Translations under genes and position numbers: made by a program
Notes under the pieces: model-generated
Told to the model about the DNA's origin: nothing
The model's input: the letters and a program-made list of their open reading frames with translations, nothing else
Database searches by the model: none
Assembly (NCBI GenBank): GCA_027451365.1
Contig: DAIDJN010000041.1
Coordinates: 109,367 to 173,366 of the forward strand
Reading direction: 5' to 3'
DNA length: 64,000 nt
Origin: Phycisphaerales bacterium
Lineage (GTDB): Bacteria > Planctomycetota > Phycisphaerae > WQYP01
Shown: positions 1 through 10,630 of the stretch, in pieces
Numbering within the stretch: the stretch's first letter is position 1
Layout: every line of letters starts with the position of its first letter

Positions 1-585
1 GGGACTGAGCTATTCTCGGCGATTGGGAAGCGAGCCGGTGCCTCCTCTATTTCGCGATGCTTTAAACCATACAGTCCACAATATTTCAACTTTGGCATCG
101 GGGATTAATGGCAATCCTGGTGCATGACAGGCAAAGCTCTGTTTGGCTGAATGGTGCAGATTGTGGCTTTCTAGAATGCGGAGCCATGCGACTCTGTGGC
201 ATGGCCGGACGCGGCAACTGACAGCAGCAGGTCCGCATTTTCACGACTTTATCGGCCCTTCGCGAAGTGGATTGGCACGGCCGGCGAGCCGTACGACGTA
301 ATAAATGCTGCTAAAAAGGCGGCTTTTATTTGACAGCAACTGATTCATGTTGTATACAACTATTGGCTCAAAGCAGGATGGAGCTGTTCGATTGAGCAGA
401 TATTGCGCAAAAGTGGGGCCGTGATATTTGGCGACCATTTGGTCGAGATCGAATTTGTCATTTCACGGACGGATTTAGGTTAGTCGGCCGGATAAGCGGG
501 AACATTGTCGCCCGAGCCTGTTTGCAGACCGCCATTTTCAAGCGGTCCGGGCTGGGGAACTAATTCTTGGGATGGAGTGGCAATC

Positions 586-1539
586 GTGAAAAAAAATCCA
601 TTTCTTCAGGTTGGGCTGTTGCTGGTTGCGGGCGGAATTGTCGGGCTTTCCGGACGGAGCGTCGCTCGGGCTAACTATTTCAATGGATTTGAGTCCTCTG
701 GCAGCACCAGCACGGATTTCTCCGGACCAGGTCCGGGGTTCGTGCCAGGCTCGAATAACTATACCCCCGGCGCCGACATTAGTCGCGTACAATCCGGAGG
801 TGGATCGCTTGGCCTTACCGCCGCGTCGGGCAACTATTATGCGGAAATCACAAATGTCCCCGACACATACCAACCGGGCTATGGCCAGTCAATCGCTACC
901 TCCTTCGGTGGATACCAGCAGAACTACACTGGCAGCTTTACCGAGTCGGTGGATATTTATGTAAATGTTGCTGGCTGGGCTGCGAGCACTGGGGCGAGCC
1001 AAGGATTCCAGTTGGATGCATCCCCGAGCAATAATCTAACCGGAAGCGCCGCATACAACACCTATTCCTCCACCCCGAACGGCCCTAATCAGGGCGATGA
1101 GACACAATTTTATGTAAACGCCACGGGTACAGGTGCTACCGCCCAAGTAAACGTTTCGGGTGAAATTAATGCGTCGAACGGCGGATCGATTGCGACCATC
1201 GGTCAATCCGGTTGGTACAATTTCGCGGTCGATTTTGCCAAGGGCTCGGGCGGCTACGTGCAGAATACCTTTTCTGTATCGACCCTTTCCGGTTCACAAC
1301 TCGGGTCATATACCGCGACATCTTTGTTGCCTAACAACTTGCTCGGTGGAAACAACTATGGGACTTGGTTTGAGGGCTGGATAAACGGCTTTGCTGGAAA
1401 CACGATTGGCATTGATAATGTGCAATTGACTTACGTGACGCCGCTTCCCGCCGCGTTTTGGCCTGCAGCTTTGACCCTTGCCGGGATGGGCATTGCGGCC
1501 GGACTCCGGCGGCGAGCACCGAACAAATGCTCGCAATAG
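586..1539 (+). CDS. Secreted Ser/Thr/Gly/Asn-rich surface protein with PEP-CTERM-like (TPLPA) C-terminal sorting signal
   Basis: ORF 505..1539; GTG at 586 after GGAG gives signal peptide VKKNPFLQVGLLLVAGG..ARA; C-terminus TPLPAAFWPAALTLAGMGIAAGLRRR (motif, TM helix, basic cluster). Confidence 0.8.
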   Translation: MKKNPFLQVGLLLVAGGIVGLSGRSVARANYFNGFESSGSTSTDFSGPGPGFVPGSNNYTPGADISRVQSGGGSLGLTAASGNYYAEITNVPDTYQPGYGQSIATSFGGYQQNYTGSFTESVDIYVNVAGWAASTGASQGFQLDASPSNNLTGSAAYNTYSSTPNGPNQGDETQFYVNATGTGATAQVNVSGEINASNGGSIATIGQSGWYNFAVDFAKGSGGYVQNTFSVSTLSGSQLGSYTATSLLPNNLLGGNNYGTWFEGWINGFAGNTIGIDNVQLTYVTPLPAAFWPAALTLAGMGIAAGLRRRAPNKCSQ

Positions 1540-1686
1540 ATATGCTCAATATTTGGCGTCGCATGGAATCTCATGGTAAATCCGGTTTGGCCTGAATCTA
1601 CCTTAGCCGAATTGGAACTGAACAAGGCCCGTTCGTATTAAACCTTCAAGTCCGGCCCGCGCACAGACTGAAGTAGTCTCGCACCG

Positions 1687-2106
1687 TCACAACTTTTTCC
1701 GCCGACGGGATGCTGGCTTGGCGAACGTGTGCATCCATGCCGTTGCGTCCGCTTTGTTCAATTGGCCGTCCGCGACGCCAAGACCAATGGCGATGACATC
1801 GTCATCAGTGGCGATGATGTCGAACCCGTTGTTGTCCAGGAATATCATTGCCGCCAGTACTGCACAACGCTTGTTTCCATCATGAAAGGCGCGCGCCTGG
1901 CAGATATGAAACAGATAAGCCGCAGCCATGGCCGGAATATCCGAATGCAGATACTGGCTACCGAAGGATGCCTGTGGCATCATAACGGCAGATTCAAGCA
2001 GGCCAGGATCGCGGATGCCCGCCAGTCCGCCGTGGCCGCCCAAGGCATCGTCATGGATCGCCACAACTTCATCGACCGAAAGAAATAAAGGTTCAGTCGC
2101 GCTCAT
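1687..2106 (-). CDS. doc: Death-on-curing (Doc/Fic family) toxin, catalytic His replaced
   Basis: GG..GIRDPGLLESA, AAAYLFHI and xAFHDGNKR Fic-like motif; overlaps the upstream antitoxin by 4 nt. Confidence 0.88.
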   Translation of the reverse strand: MSATEPLFLSVDEVVAIHDDALGGHGGLAGIRDPGLLESAVMMPQASFGSQYLHSDIPAMAAAYLFHICQARAFHDGNKRCAVLAAMIFLDNNGFDIIATDDDVIAIGLGVADGQLNKADATAWMHTFAKPASRRRKKL

Positions 2107-2336
2107 TTGGCCAGTTCCGCCAGGGCGCGACTATAGCGCGTACGAAACTTGGCCAGCGATTTGAGCAGCCGTTCCTTTCCGATTCCCGTCTTCGCCGGCG
2201 TGATAATCAGTCGCGATCCGTCCACCGTTATCTGCACCTGGTCGCCAACCTTCCAGCCGGTAAGGCTCAGGAGTGTGTTGTCCAGCGGAATGCAACTGCC
2301 GTTGCCGACTTTGCGGATTTTTTTGACCAGACTCAT
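2103..2336 (-). CDS. AbrB/MazE-like antitoxin
   Basis: KIRKVGNGSCIPL..L...GWKVGDQVQITVDGSRLIITP swapped-hairpin signature; C-terminal Y..AL.ELAK typical of Doc-associated antitoxins; ATGA overlap with doc. Confidence 0.85.
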   Translation of the reverse strand: MSLVKKIRKVGNGSCIPLDNTLLSLTGWKVGDQVQITVDGSRLIITPAKTGIGKERLLKSLAKFRTRYSRALAELAK

Positions 2337-2561
2337 GACTCAACTCCTTGCATAAGGCGAACATTCACCCAATGTGAGTACATTGTAATTACGGCTTTGG
2401 TTTAAATCAAGCAGCAATTTCTGTGCCCCGGCATTGCAATAATCCATCGTTGCCTGTTTAATTCTGCGGGCAGAAATAACGCGAAAAGCTGCCGATTTCT
2501 GGCGCACACGGATACATACGATTTCAGACACTTTGGCGGCTTTGGGCGCCCAGCAACGCTT

Positions 2562-3338
2562 CTATTGCCCGCGGCGCAGCAGCCGATTCAGCAAAGGCTG
2601 CATATGGGTTGCCCAAATGGTGTAACCGGCTTCGGTCAGATGCAATTGATCCGGTCCCAGCCCCTTCCAACTGTTTCCAACACGCGGCATAAGCGCGAAC
2701 AGATTGAAATAAAATATGCTCCGACCATTGGCAAAATGGCGGATGATACGATTCGTGGCGATGATGGTGGCGGTGTTGCGTGATGTCGGAGTCAGGCTTA
2801 CCAGGATGATTTTTACACCATGAAAAACCTGCCTGGTTTTAATAATCACGGCCCGCACACCGGCGGCAATTTGCCGTGGCGCGTATTGTGTATCGTTGGT
2901 GCCGATCAAAATAACCGCCACCTTCGGATGCAGATGATGGATATGAAAATGAATCAGCCGCCACAGAACATGCTCCGTGCCGTCGGCTCCTACGCCAAAG
3001 TCGATTGCATGGCGCGGCGCGTAATATTTGTCCCACACCTTGTATCCGACCGAATACCAGCCGCCACTCGGTCTGGACTCAAAATTCTGTGTGATGGAAT
3101 CCCCGATAAAAATAATATTACACTTACCATGCGCCCGCGCTACCCGCCTTGCACAAAGTGCGTACCATGATGCGAATTGCCGCGAATGCGCCGCACTTGG
3201 AATCGTCGTCGGATCCGGTGGTCCGTCGGAAGTCGCCCCGGAAACAGTCGGGAAAATAGGGGCCAATGCCCCGGCCGATGCCACAACAAAAAGAAATAGC
3301 CACACAATAGGTCCACGATTGATCATCGCATTCTCCAT
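2562..3338 (-). CDS. Secreted SGNH/GDSL hydrolase (PAF-acetylhydrolase-like esterase)
   Basis: FIGDSIT block I, GVGADGT block II, LIGTND block III, DQLH block V; N-terminal signal peptide. Confidence 0.88.
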   Translation of the reverse strand: MENAMINRGPIVWLFLFVVASAGALAPIFPTVSGATSDGPPDPTTIPSAAHSRQFASWYALCARRVARAHGKCNIIFIGDSITQNFESRPSGGWYSVGYKVWDKYYAPRHAIDFGVGADGTEHVLWRLIHFHIHHLHPKVAVILIGTNDTQYAPRQIAAGVRAVIIKTRQVFHGVKIILVSLTPTSRNTATIIATNRIIRHFANGRSIFYFNLFALMPRVGNSWKGLGPDQLHLTEAGYTIWATHMQPLLNRLLRRGQ

Positions 3339-3374
3339 AAAAGGTGTCGGGGCGTGTTTCGATATTAATCCGGA

Positions 3375-4358
3375 TTACCGCCGGCCGCTGAAAACTGGCC
3401 GCGTCTTGGGCACGGGCAGCAAATGCAGGTGGCAATACATGGTATCCGCCATCAATCGTCCCAGGTCCATCTGCCCAAAAGTGCCAAAATGCAGGTGATC
3501 CGTGGGCAATGGCGTGAGCGGATCTTCCGCGCGCTGCTCCAGATCATTGGTATGTACCAGATAGGCACCGCGCACCGCCAGCGGACTGCCGGAATTCCAT
3601 GCCACCTCACGCTGCCCAAGACGTACCAGATCCCGCCACCGTTCATTGTTCTTGAACATGCCGGAATCCGGTGGCGGCATGACCAGCCCATAAACAAAGG
3701 GAATATTCGGGCAGTTAAACTGTTGCCGCACGCGGTGAATAAAATGCCGCAAATTACCGGCGTATTCCTCCGCGATTTTCAGGCCTTCAAACGCATCATT
3801 TTCACCCTGTTGCCAGATAATTCCGCGAATTCGCGGCTGGTAACCCAGCTTGCGCAGCGCGGCCATGCCGCCATCCACCGTTTTGACAAACTCCCGAAAC
3901 TGTTGTCCCCAATGCGATGTATCCTGGGCATTGGCACCCGGGTTCCACTGCCGCGCAAGGTCAGTTCCCGACCAGGCATCTTTAATCAGTGCAATATGAT
4001 GAGTCGGGTAAAACATCTGCATCCGGTTGCCGAAGGTAAGCTCCGGTCCAAACCGATCTGGACTTTCTGAAGCCTGCTGCAAAGGAACCCATGTGTCCGG
4101 CGAGCAGTTGTCATGAATATCGCCCGCCGAATGGTACAGCAGGACGCGGGTGTCAATATGGAAGTTTTTCGGCAGATTTTGCATATATCCCTGGCCGGTC
4201 ATGTTGGATTGCCCCGCCACCAGATACAGATCGATCGGCGTGCCCCGAGCAACTGGGGCGATGGTTGCCGCCACTGCCGTGCCGGTGCTCACTAGAAATC
4301 CCATCAGCAGCGCCGCGGCGGCACCGAAATTAAAGCATCGCAAAAATACAGGCATCAC
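3375..4358 (-). CDS. Secreted SASA/DUF303 carbohydrate acetylesterase (sialate O-acetylesterase-like)
   Basis: AGQSNMTG, FGPELTFG, WQQGEND and DHLHF motifs; signal peptide; AAGGAG RBS. Confidence 0.88.
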   Translation of the reverse strand: MMPVFLRCFNFGAAAALLMGFLVSTGTAVAATIAPVARGTPIDLYLVAGQSNMTGQGYMQNLPKNFHIDTRVLLYHSAGDIHDNCSPDTWVPLQQASESPDRFGPELTFGNRMQMFYPTHHIALIKDAWSGTDLARQWNPGANAQDTSHWGQQFREFVKTVDGGMAALRKLGYQPRIRGIIWQQGENDAFEGLKIAEEYAGNLRHFIHRVRQQFNCPNIPFVYGLVMPPPDSGMFKNNERWRDLVRLGQREVAWNSGSPLAVRGAYLVHTNDLEQRAEDPLTPLPTDHLHFGTFGQMDLGRLMADTMYCHLHLLPVPKTRPVFSGRR

Positions 4359-4407
4359 GCAATTCTCCTTTTAACGGAACCGTTTTTAGCCAGTGAAAGA
4401 TTGACGC

Positions 4408-7305
4408 TCATTGTGCTCGCAGCCGCAGCATCGACCCTTTACGAGTTGTCCATTGGAGGACCTTTCCGGAAATCTGCCGCGTCGGACCGTTGTTTAATCG
4501 CACCAGTACGCTTTTTCCCGGCCACGGATTGGCCACGCGACAAATGCCGCCGCGCTGACTGACAATGTTTACAAAGTCAATTTGGCCCGCCTTTAACCGG
4601 CTGGAAACGAGAAAATCTCCGCAGGCCAGCAAATTCCGGAATGCCGCATCCTGATTCCGCGGCCAATCCGGAAAAATATGAATATCATGTTGATAACTCT
4701 GTAGAAACATCGCGCAAATGGTAGTCGGCACAATGGCAAAATTCTCTGTTCCACCTCCGCCCATCTGAAATACGAAATTGGGATATGAACAATGGTCGAT
4801 CAGCGTGTGCAGGTGATGCAGAATTTTATCCGGGTTGTAGCCCACGCAGGCCGCCGCCGGATAATAGCTCGAATCGTTGTTGTAGTCATACCATATCTGA
4901 AAAATCTGAACTGTATTAAGCCCGGCTTTCAAAAGCCGGGGGGAACTTTCCAGGCCAATGGCCCAGCCCGGAAAAATGGCCTGCGACGGATTCATGCCGG
5001 CACTGGATCCATGAATGCCATGCCAGCCGGGATGTCCCCAATGGCTGCGAATAACCGGCCCACTCCAGGCGGTGCCCTTCTGTGTGTAACGAATCACCAG
5101 CTTGTTGTGCATGCCCGCCGGGCCGAAAACCTTCGCCGCCGGAAATATCGGAAGCGGTGCCAGATGCCGCAATATTCGCCGCCAGGTGGTGGCCGCCGGG
5201 TCGCGCAATTGAAGTGTCCGATTCATATCCAGCAGGCCCGCATACAGCATCCGCAGAAACGCGATGCTTGTCGCGGGGTTTTCGTCATGGGCGCGGCTTA
5301 ATTCATCCGCCGCGTCGTTTTCATCGACATAGACGCCATTCTTAAGCACCAGATAATGATCCCAGAATGCCGCAGTGCCGCGTAAGAATGGATAGATCAT
5401 CCGTGCGTATTGGGGGCTGCGCGTGTAACGCCATCGCATCAGGCAATCCACAGCGCCGAACAGCGCATCAGATTTCTGCTGCAATGCCCTGGCGCCGTCG
5501 GCCGACCACCCCGGTGGCGGACTTAGGTGGCAATGGTAATAAAGCCCTTTAAAGCCGCGCAGCTTCGCCAGTCCGCGGCCGCGCGCCATCCAGGCCAGAA
5601 GCGGCAGGTCATAATTGTCGGCCAGTCCAATGTGATTGGTGGGATAGGCCGCCCAGCAGGGGGCTTCATAATTGTAGTCCAAAGTATAATCGCCGTTCCA
5701 GGCCATCCACGGACTGGTAATAAAATTGCCCCATAACCCCGGCGCAATGTGTCCCGGCGCACTGCAGCACGCAAATAGATATAAAGATCCATAATAAAAC
5801 GCCTCAATCCGTTTGTCCGGAATTTCAACGGTGGATTTATTCCAGAAATGCTTCCACCACATGAGTTCTTTGTGCCTTAGAACAGAAAGCGATTCAAGCC
5901 GCATTTGGCCCAGCAGGCGCAGCGTGGCGGCGCGGTAGTGAAGTGTATCGTGATCATCCAGGGCCGAAATCAGCACTGTGGCGGATTCCCCGGCACCCAG
6001 GGAAATGGTTCCCACCCCTTTGTTCACACGGGCAATCTGTCCGATAATCCGTACCGCCAGCAACCCCTTTGGGCCGCACCCGTCGAATGCCAGTTGTGAA
6101 TCTCCGGGGTGAATGGCGTTCCAGTCCCACACAGGCCCGGCCACCTGCGCCGTTGTGGGAAACGCGCGGCTTGTCGCCACCAACTTTCCCCCCACGTATA
6201 AGCCAAGAGATCGGCCGTTGTAACGCACCGCAAGTTGCGACCAGGCGTTCAGCGGCAATGGTTGCGGGTCGATAATACGCACACGATTGAGCATGGCCGT
6301 GACCTTGCCATTTGCCAGTGACAGAGAAAAGCCGTACGGAATTCGCGGCTGGCCCCCGCCGGGCCAGTGGGTCCATCGCTTGGTGGTCATGGCGCTGAAA
6401 ATAGCTTGGGTGCCTGCCGCGGATTTTGGATTGACCGAGGTCTGAATGTCAAAGGCCCTTTGCGGCAGCCGCAAAAAGCCGCAGTCAAATGAAGTTGGGC
6501 CAGCTGCGGCAGATTTCGAATCGCTCCGCTGGATCAGGAACGAAAACCGTGGCTTGGCCGCGTGCCGCGGCGCGGCGGAGGCGTAAATCCGCATATTCTT
6601 TATGGGACCCGAAAAATGTTTGGAATTTTCGCGTCCCGTCGGCTGCCCAATGCGCGCCTGCACCGTATCCGGTGATACCTTCAGCCACGAAATGCCGCCA
6701 GTATTGCCTCCCATGCCTTTTGAACCCGGCGTGCCCCAGCCGTCCAGAAGTGCTGAACTTATCGTCAGAGTTCCTTGCCCGGCGTTCCGCAGCTTCACCA
6801 CCAGCAGATTTTGCGGTTTGGCTACCCACGCTGTAAACCGCAGCGCGTGGCCATCATGCGACGTAAAATGTCCCGTGACTTCAGCGCGGCCAATACGTTC
6901 AACTGTTTTATAACTCCCATCATGTAAAGCGGGAATGGAAAGCACGACTCGGCCGAAAGGCATTATGCGGCCGCGAAACAGACTCCAGAAATCTTCTCGC
7001 CCAAGAAACAGTGAAATATGATCAGTATTGCGCCCCTGAATCGCGACGCCCAGGCTGCCATTGCCCAGCAGCGCGCCGTCGGGAAAATTGTTCGCCGGCG
7101 CATGCGTGGGAACTTGCGTGCGCACGCCGGAAATGTGCTGAACAATATTCCATGTTGACGGAGGTGGATTTCCCGTTATCGCCGCTGCAACAAATGCCGG
7201 GCCTCCTGCCAGCAGATTCACCGCCAGACTGACGGAAGGCAGCGCTATAACGCAAAAAGAACGGACCATCAGACTTTTGGCGGTCAGATTATTTCCATAC
7301 AGCAT
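4408..7305 (-). CDS. Secreted GH95-like glycoside hydrolase (alpha-L-fucosidase-like) with inserted LamG-like domain
   Basis: DGALLGNGSLG N-terminal motif, PGLWGN..WNGDYTLDYNYE, IHIFPDWP, FRNLLACGDFLVSS, SQRGG.CRVANPWP; internal LPLNAWSQLAVRYNG..LGLYVGGKLVA LamG pattern. Confidence 0.75.
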   Translation of the reverse strand: MLYGNNLTAKSLMVRSFCVIALPSVSLAVNLLAGGPAFVAAAITGNPPPSTWNIVQHISGVRTQVPTHAPANNFPDGALLGNGSLGVAIQGRNTDHISLFLGREDFWSLFRGRIMPFGRVVLSIPALHDGSYKTVERIGRAEVTGHFTSHDGHALRFTAWVAKPQNLLVVKLRNAGQGTLTISSALLDGWGTPGSKGMGGNTGGISWLKVSPDTVQARIGQPTGRENSKHFSGPIKNMRIYASAAPRHAAKPRFSFLIQRSDSKSAAAGPTSFDCGFLRLPQRAFDIQTSVNPKSAAGTQAIFSAMTTKRWTHWPGGGQPRIPYGFSLSLANGKVTAMLNRVRIIDPQPLPLNAWSQLAVRYNGRSLGLYVGGKLVATSRAFPTTAQVAGPVWDWNAIHPGDSQLAFDGCGPKGLLAVRIIGQIARVNKGVGTISLGAGESATVLISALDDHDTLHYRAATLRLLGQMRLESLSVLRHKELMWWKHFWNKSTVEIPDKRIEAFYYGSLYLFACCSAPGHIAPGLWGNFITSPWMAWNGDYTLDYNYEAPCWAAYPTNHIGLADNYDLPLLAWMARGRGLAKLRGFKGLYYHCHLSPPPGWSADGARALQQKSDALFGAVDCLMRWRYTRSPQYARMIYPFLRGTAAFWDHYLVLKNGVYVDENDAADELSRAHDENPATSIAFLRMLYAGLLDMNRTLQLRDPAATTWRRILRHLAPLPIFPAAKVFGPAGMHNKLVIRYTQKGTAWSGPVIRSHWGHPGWHGIHGSSAGMNPSQAIFPGWAIGLESSPRLLKAGLNTVQIFQIWYDYNNDSSYYPAAACVGYNPDKILHHLHTLIDHCSYPNFVFQMGGGGTENFAIVPTTICAMFLQSYQHDIHIFPDWPRNQDAAFRNLLACGDFLVSSRLKAGQIDFVNIVSQRGGICRVANPWPGKSVLVRLNNGPTRQISGKVLQWTTRKGSMLRLRAQ

Positions 7306-7993
7306 TATTCATTTTCTCCTTTGGCACCTGCCGCAAATCTGGGTGGACGCCGCTGTCGGTTGTTTCCCTGACCGTTTCCGGTTGGGCAGGCTTGGCGGAA
7401 TAACCCTTTGGCGTAACAATCCGATTGATATAACCGGACCACGCCGGATATTGCAATGTATGGAAAGTCGTCCGATTGTTTTCACCTTATCTGTCCCGTC
7501 ACAAAAGTAGCGAGAAAGCGTAAATAATGTGGCTGGCAATATAACCAAAGACAGGAATATAGGACGTCATTAATTCGCTCTTTTAACACGATCGCGATCT
7601 GATGTCGGGATTAGGTACCAAATAGACGCAAATTGCTACCGCGAACCGACTTGCAAATGAACGATTCGCCAACCCGTCCGCCAAATTTTTCCACAAGGCT
7701 TCCGGTTAAGTTTGGGTTCGGGGGCCTGGCCAGGCAAATAGTCCGGGTCGGCGGGCGAGTTGGTCCCCGCTCCCCAAATCACCGGCCACGCACCGATCGG
7801 CCCAATCCGCCGTGCATTGCACTATTTCCACGCGGAGCAGCCTCATTGGCGGACACCCGGCAACTGGACCTGCGATTTTGCGTTTACAATAGGTGACCAT
7901 GGCGACAATGTGACCTTCCCGACTGGCTTTTCCCATCACATTGGCCAATAATTCAGCTTGTCGAGCCGCCAATGAAATTGTTAAGGAGCTGCC

Positions 7994-9025
7994 ATGTTGT
8001 GTAAATCGCCTGTACTGTTTCTGCCACGTTGGATTCTGCTTCTTCTTTTTCTGGCTACCTCCCAGGCTGGTTCTTTGCTCTGGCCGGCTCATGCCAGTGC
8101 CAAAATGAAAATAGCGCTTGTTTGTTCCGGTTCCATTACCGATGGCGGCTGGAACCAGGAGGGCCGCGATGCGATTCTGCGGGTCGGCAAAAAGCTCCAT
8201 GCCCATGTTTCCGTGGTGGAACATGTTTCACCTGTGCGGGCTGTTAATGTGATGCGCGATTATGCCATGCGCGGTTATCAGTTGGTCATCGGCCACGGTT
8301 ATGAATTTCTCGTGCCCGCCACCCAGGTGGCCGCACAAGGTGTCAAAACCCATTTTGCCATAAGCGGTGCGGACCTGGCGAAGCCGCACATCGCCACTCT
8401 GAATTTCGACCTTTCCGAACCCTCTTACCAACTCGGCGTGCTGGCCGCTATGCTGTCCAAATCAGGAAAAATCGGCTTTATAGGCGGCGAAAAAATTCCC
8501 TCCGTGGTAGCCTGTTACAAGGGCTTTCGTGCCGGTGCCCGCAGTATCCGGCCGCATATTAAAGTTGCCCAGGCCTATACAAGTTGGGACCAGCCCGCAC
8601 TTTCCAAAAGTCAGGCGGAGGCATTTATCCAGCAGGGAATCGATGTGATTTATCAGAATGTGGATGCCGCCAGTCGCGGCGTATTTGAAGCCGTTGCCCA
8701 GGCCGACCGGCACGTGAAAGCCGGTGGCCCTGCGGTTTACGTGTTTGGTGCCAATCGGAATCAGAACAACAATTCCACCTGTGGCATGTACACGCCGGCC
8801 AGTGCCGTGATCCGCCTGGACCGGGCGTTTATGCGGGTGGCACTGGCGGTTAAAAAAGGACATTTCAAGGCCGGCGTTAAACTGGAAAACCTGGACAACG
8901 GTGTTTGTGTCGTGGTTCTGAATTCTAAATTGTTCGGCCGGGTCATAACTCCGAAAATGCGGGCCGCCGTGGCCCGCGCAGGTCGGCGGCTGATCGCCGG
9001 AAAGATCGTCGTGTCACCTCGTTGA
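7994..9025 (+). CDS. BMP-family ABC transporter substrate-binding protein (nucleoside/purine type)
   Basis: GSITDGGWNQEG, GYQLVIGHGYEF, SKSGKIGFIGG, GIDVIY; AAGGAG RBS. Confidence 0.9.
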   Translation: MLCKSPVLFLPRWILLLLFLATSQAGSLLWPAHASAKMKIALVCSGSITDGGWNQEGRDAILRVGKKLHAHVSVVEHVSPVRAVNVMRDYAMRGYQLVIGHGYEFLVPATQVAAQGVKTHFAISGADLAKPHIATLNFDLSEPSYQLGVLAAMLSKSGKIGFIGGEKIPSVVACYKGFRAGARSIRPHIKVAQAYTSWDQPALSKSQAEAFIQQGIDVIYQNVDAASRGVFEAVAQADRHVKAGGPAVYVFGANRNQNNNSTCGMYTPASAVIRLDRAFMRVALAVKKGHFKAGVKLENLDNGVCVVVLNSKLFGRVITPKMRAAVARAGRRLIAGKIVVSPR

Positions 9026-9118
9026 ACAATCGGATGCCGTACGCGCGGCCAAGGATGCGGTCCGCATGTATCTGGGCGGCCTGGTTGGCCGCAGTTCCTT
9101 TCAGGGATATTGTCCGGC

Positions 9119-10630
9119 ATGATTGACATTCAAAATATCAGCAAACACTTTGGTGCGTTCCAGGCATTGAAAAATGTCTCCATGCGCGTCGGTCCGGGCG
9201 AAATTCATGCTGTCCTGGGGGAAAATGGGGCGGGCAAAACCACCCTGATGAATATCTTATTCGGACTCCAGCAGCCCGATTCCGGCACGATCCGCATTCA
9301 TGAACGCGCTGTGCGCATTGCCTCGCCAAGAATCGCGCGGCAGTTGGGCATCGGCATGGTGCATCAGCATTTTAAGCTTACGCCGACGTTGACCGTTCTG
9401 GAAAATATTGTTCTGGCGATCGGTTCCGGATATCTTGCCGGCCAGCGTACCGGACTGATTCATCAGGTAGACCAGTGGCTGCGCACACTTCACTGGGAAA
9501 TTCCACTTTCCGCGACCATTTCGGATCTAAGCGTGGGCCAGCGCCAGCGGGTGGAAATCATTAAGGCGTTGTGCGCGGGGGGCAAGGTCCTGATTCTGGA
9601 TGAACCAACCGCGTCGCTGGCTCCCGCTGAAGTAGAGGACCTTTTTTCCGCGGTCCGTGCCTTGGCTGGCAGAGGAATGACCGTTGTGTTTATAAGTCAC
9701 AAATTGGCCCAAGTCGCCGCGCTATGCAGCCGCGTGACCATCCTGCGCCTCGGTGAAGTGGTCTATTCGGATTCGCTTGTCGGCACAACGCTGCCGATGC
9801 TGGCGGATAAAATGATGGGCGGCGGAATCGTGGCGCGGCAGCCCGAGGTTGGCAAATCATCGCCCGGTCCGGTGCGACTGGAAATTTCCAACTTGAACAT
9901 TGTGCGCAACGGCGTCGCGGTTCTTTCCAATGTTTCACTTCGGGTGCACGCTGGGGAAATCCTGGGAATTGCCGGCCTGGAAGGGAATGGCCAGTCCGCA
10001 CTGGTCGAATGTATTTCCAGCGCGCGGTCCGTGAAATCCGCGGCCGGTGGTTTGCGTCTTTCCGTCGATCCGATCGCCGGAAAAAAATGGAATCAGCGGA
10101 CTTGGCGCCGCCCCGCGACACAATTTGCCTGCATTCCTGAAGACCGTCGCACCGAAGGGCTCGTCATGTCGCTTTCAGTGGAGGCGAATATCATGCTTAA
10201 AGCCCATCGGCATTCGCCGTTTGTGCGCTGGGGTCTGCTGCGTTTTGCCCGCTGGCGGAAATGGACGCTCGACCGCGTACACGAGTTTGACATCCGCTGC
10301 CCGGATATTCAAACCCCCGTGGGCGCGCTGTCGGGCGGCAATCAGCAAAAAGTTGTTCTGGCGCGGGAACTTACCGGATCTCCGGAATTTATTCTCGCGG
10401 TTAATCCAACCCGTGGTCTGGATATTGGCGCGACGGCATTTGTGATGAATCAGTTGCTGCGGGCGCGGGCCGGAGGATCGGCCATCTTGCTGGTGCACGC
10501 CGACCTGGATGAACTTCTTGCCGTCAGCGACCGCGTGTCCGTTATTTATGCCGGCGGCCTTACGCCCACCGCCTGGCCCGCGACTTCGCGCGAACAAATC
10601 GGCCGTCTTATGCTGGGGGTGCGCTCATGA
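9119..10630 (+). CDS. ABC transporter ATP-binding protein, two ABC domains (nucleoside/sugar type)
   Basis: GENGAGKTT, GIGMVHQHF, LSVGQRQRVEI, LILDEPT, LSGGNQQK, NPTRGLDIGA. Confidence 0.95.
   Translation: MIDIQNISKHFGAFQALKNVSMRVGPGEIHAVLGENGAGKTTLMNILFGLQQPDSGTIRIHERAVRIASPRIARQLGIGMVHQHFKLTPTLTVLENIVLAIGSGYLAGQRTGLIHQVDQWLRTLHWEIPLSATISDLSVGQRQRVEIIKALCAGGKVLILDEPTASLAPAEVEDLFSAVRALAGRGMTVVFISHKLAQVAALCSRVTILRLGEVVYSDSLVGTTLPMLADKMMGGGIVARQPEVGKSSPGPVRLEISNLNIVRNGVAVLSNVSLRVHAGEILGIAGLEGNGQSALVECISSARSVKSAAGGLRLSVDPIAGKKWNQRTWRRPATQFACIPEDRRTEGLVMSLSVEANIMLKAHRHSPFVRWGLLRFARWRKWTLDRVHEFDIRCPDIQTPVGALSGGNQQKVVLARELTGSPEFILAVNPTRGLDIGATAFVMNQLLRARAGGSAILLVHADLDELLAVSDRVSVIYAGGLTPTAWPATSREQIGRLMLGVRS

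Noticed and set aside
109..124. TGGCAATCCTGGTGCA as sigma54 promoter of the first PLP-tail gene
   Set aside because: Weak -12 element (GTGC), about 460 bp from the start, and no enhancer motif seen
7310..7990. Possible riboswitch upstream of the nucleoside ABC operon
   Set aside because: GC-rich pairing potential but no recognisable aptamer consensus; would need cmsearch against Rfam
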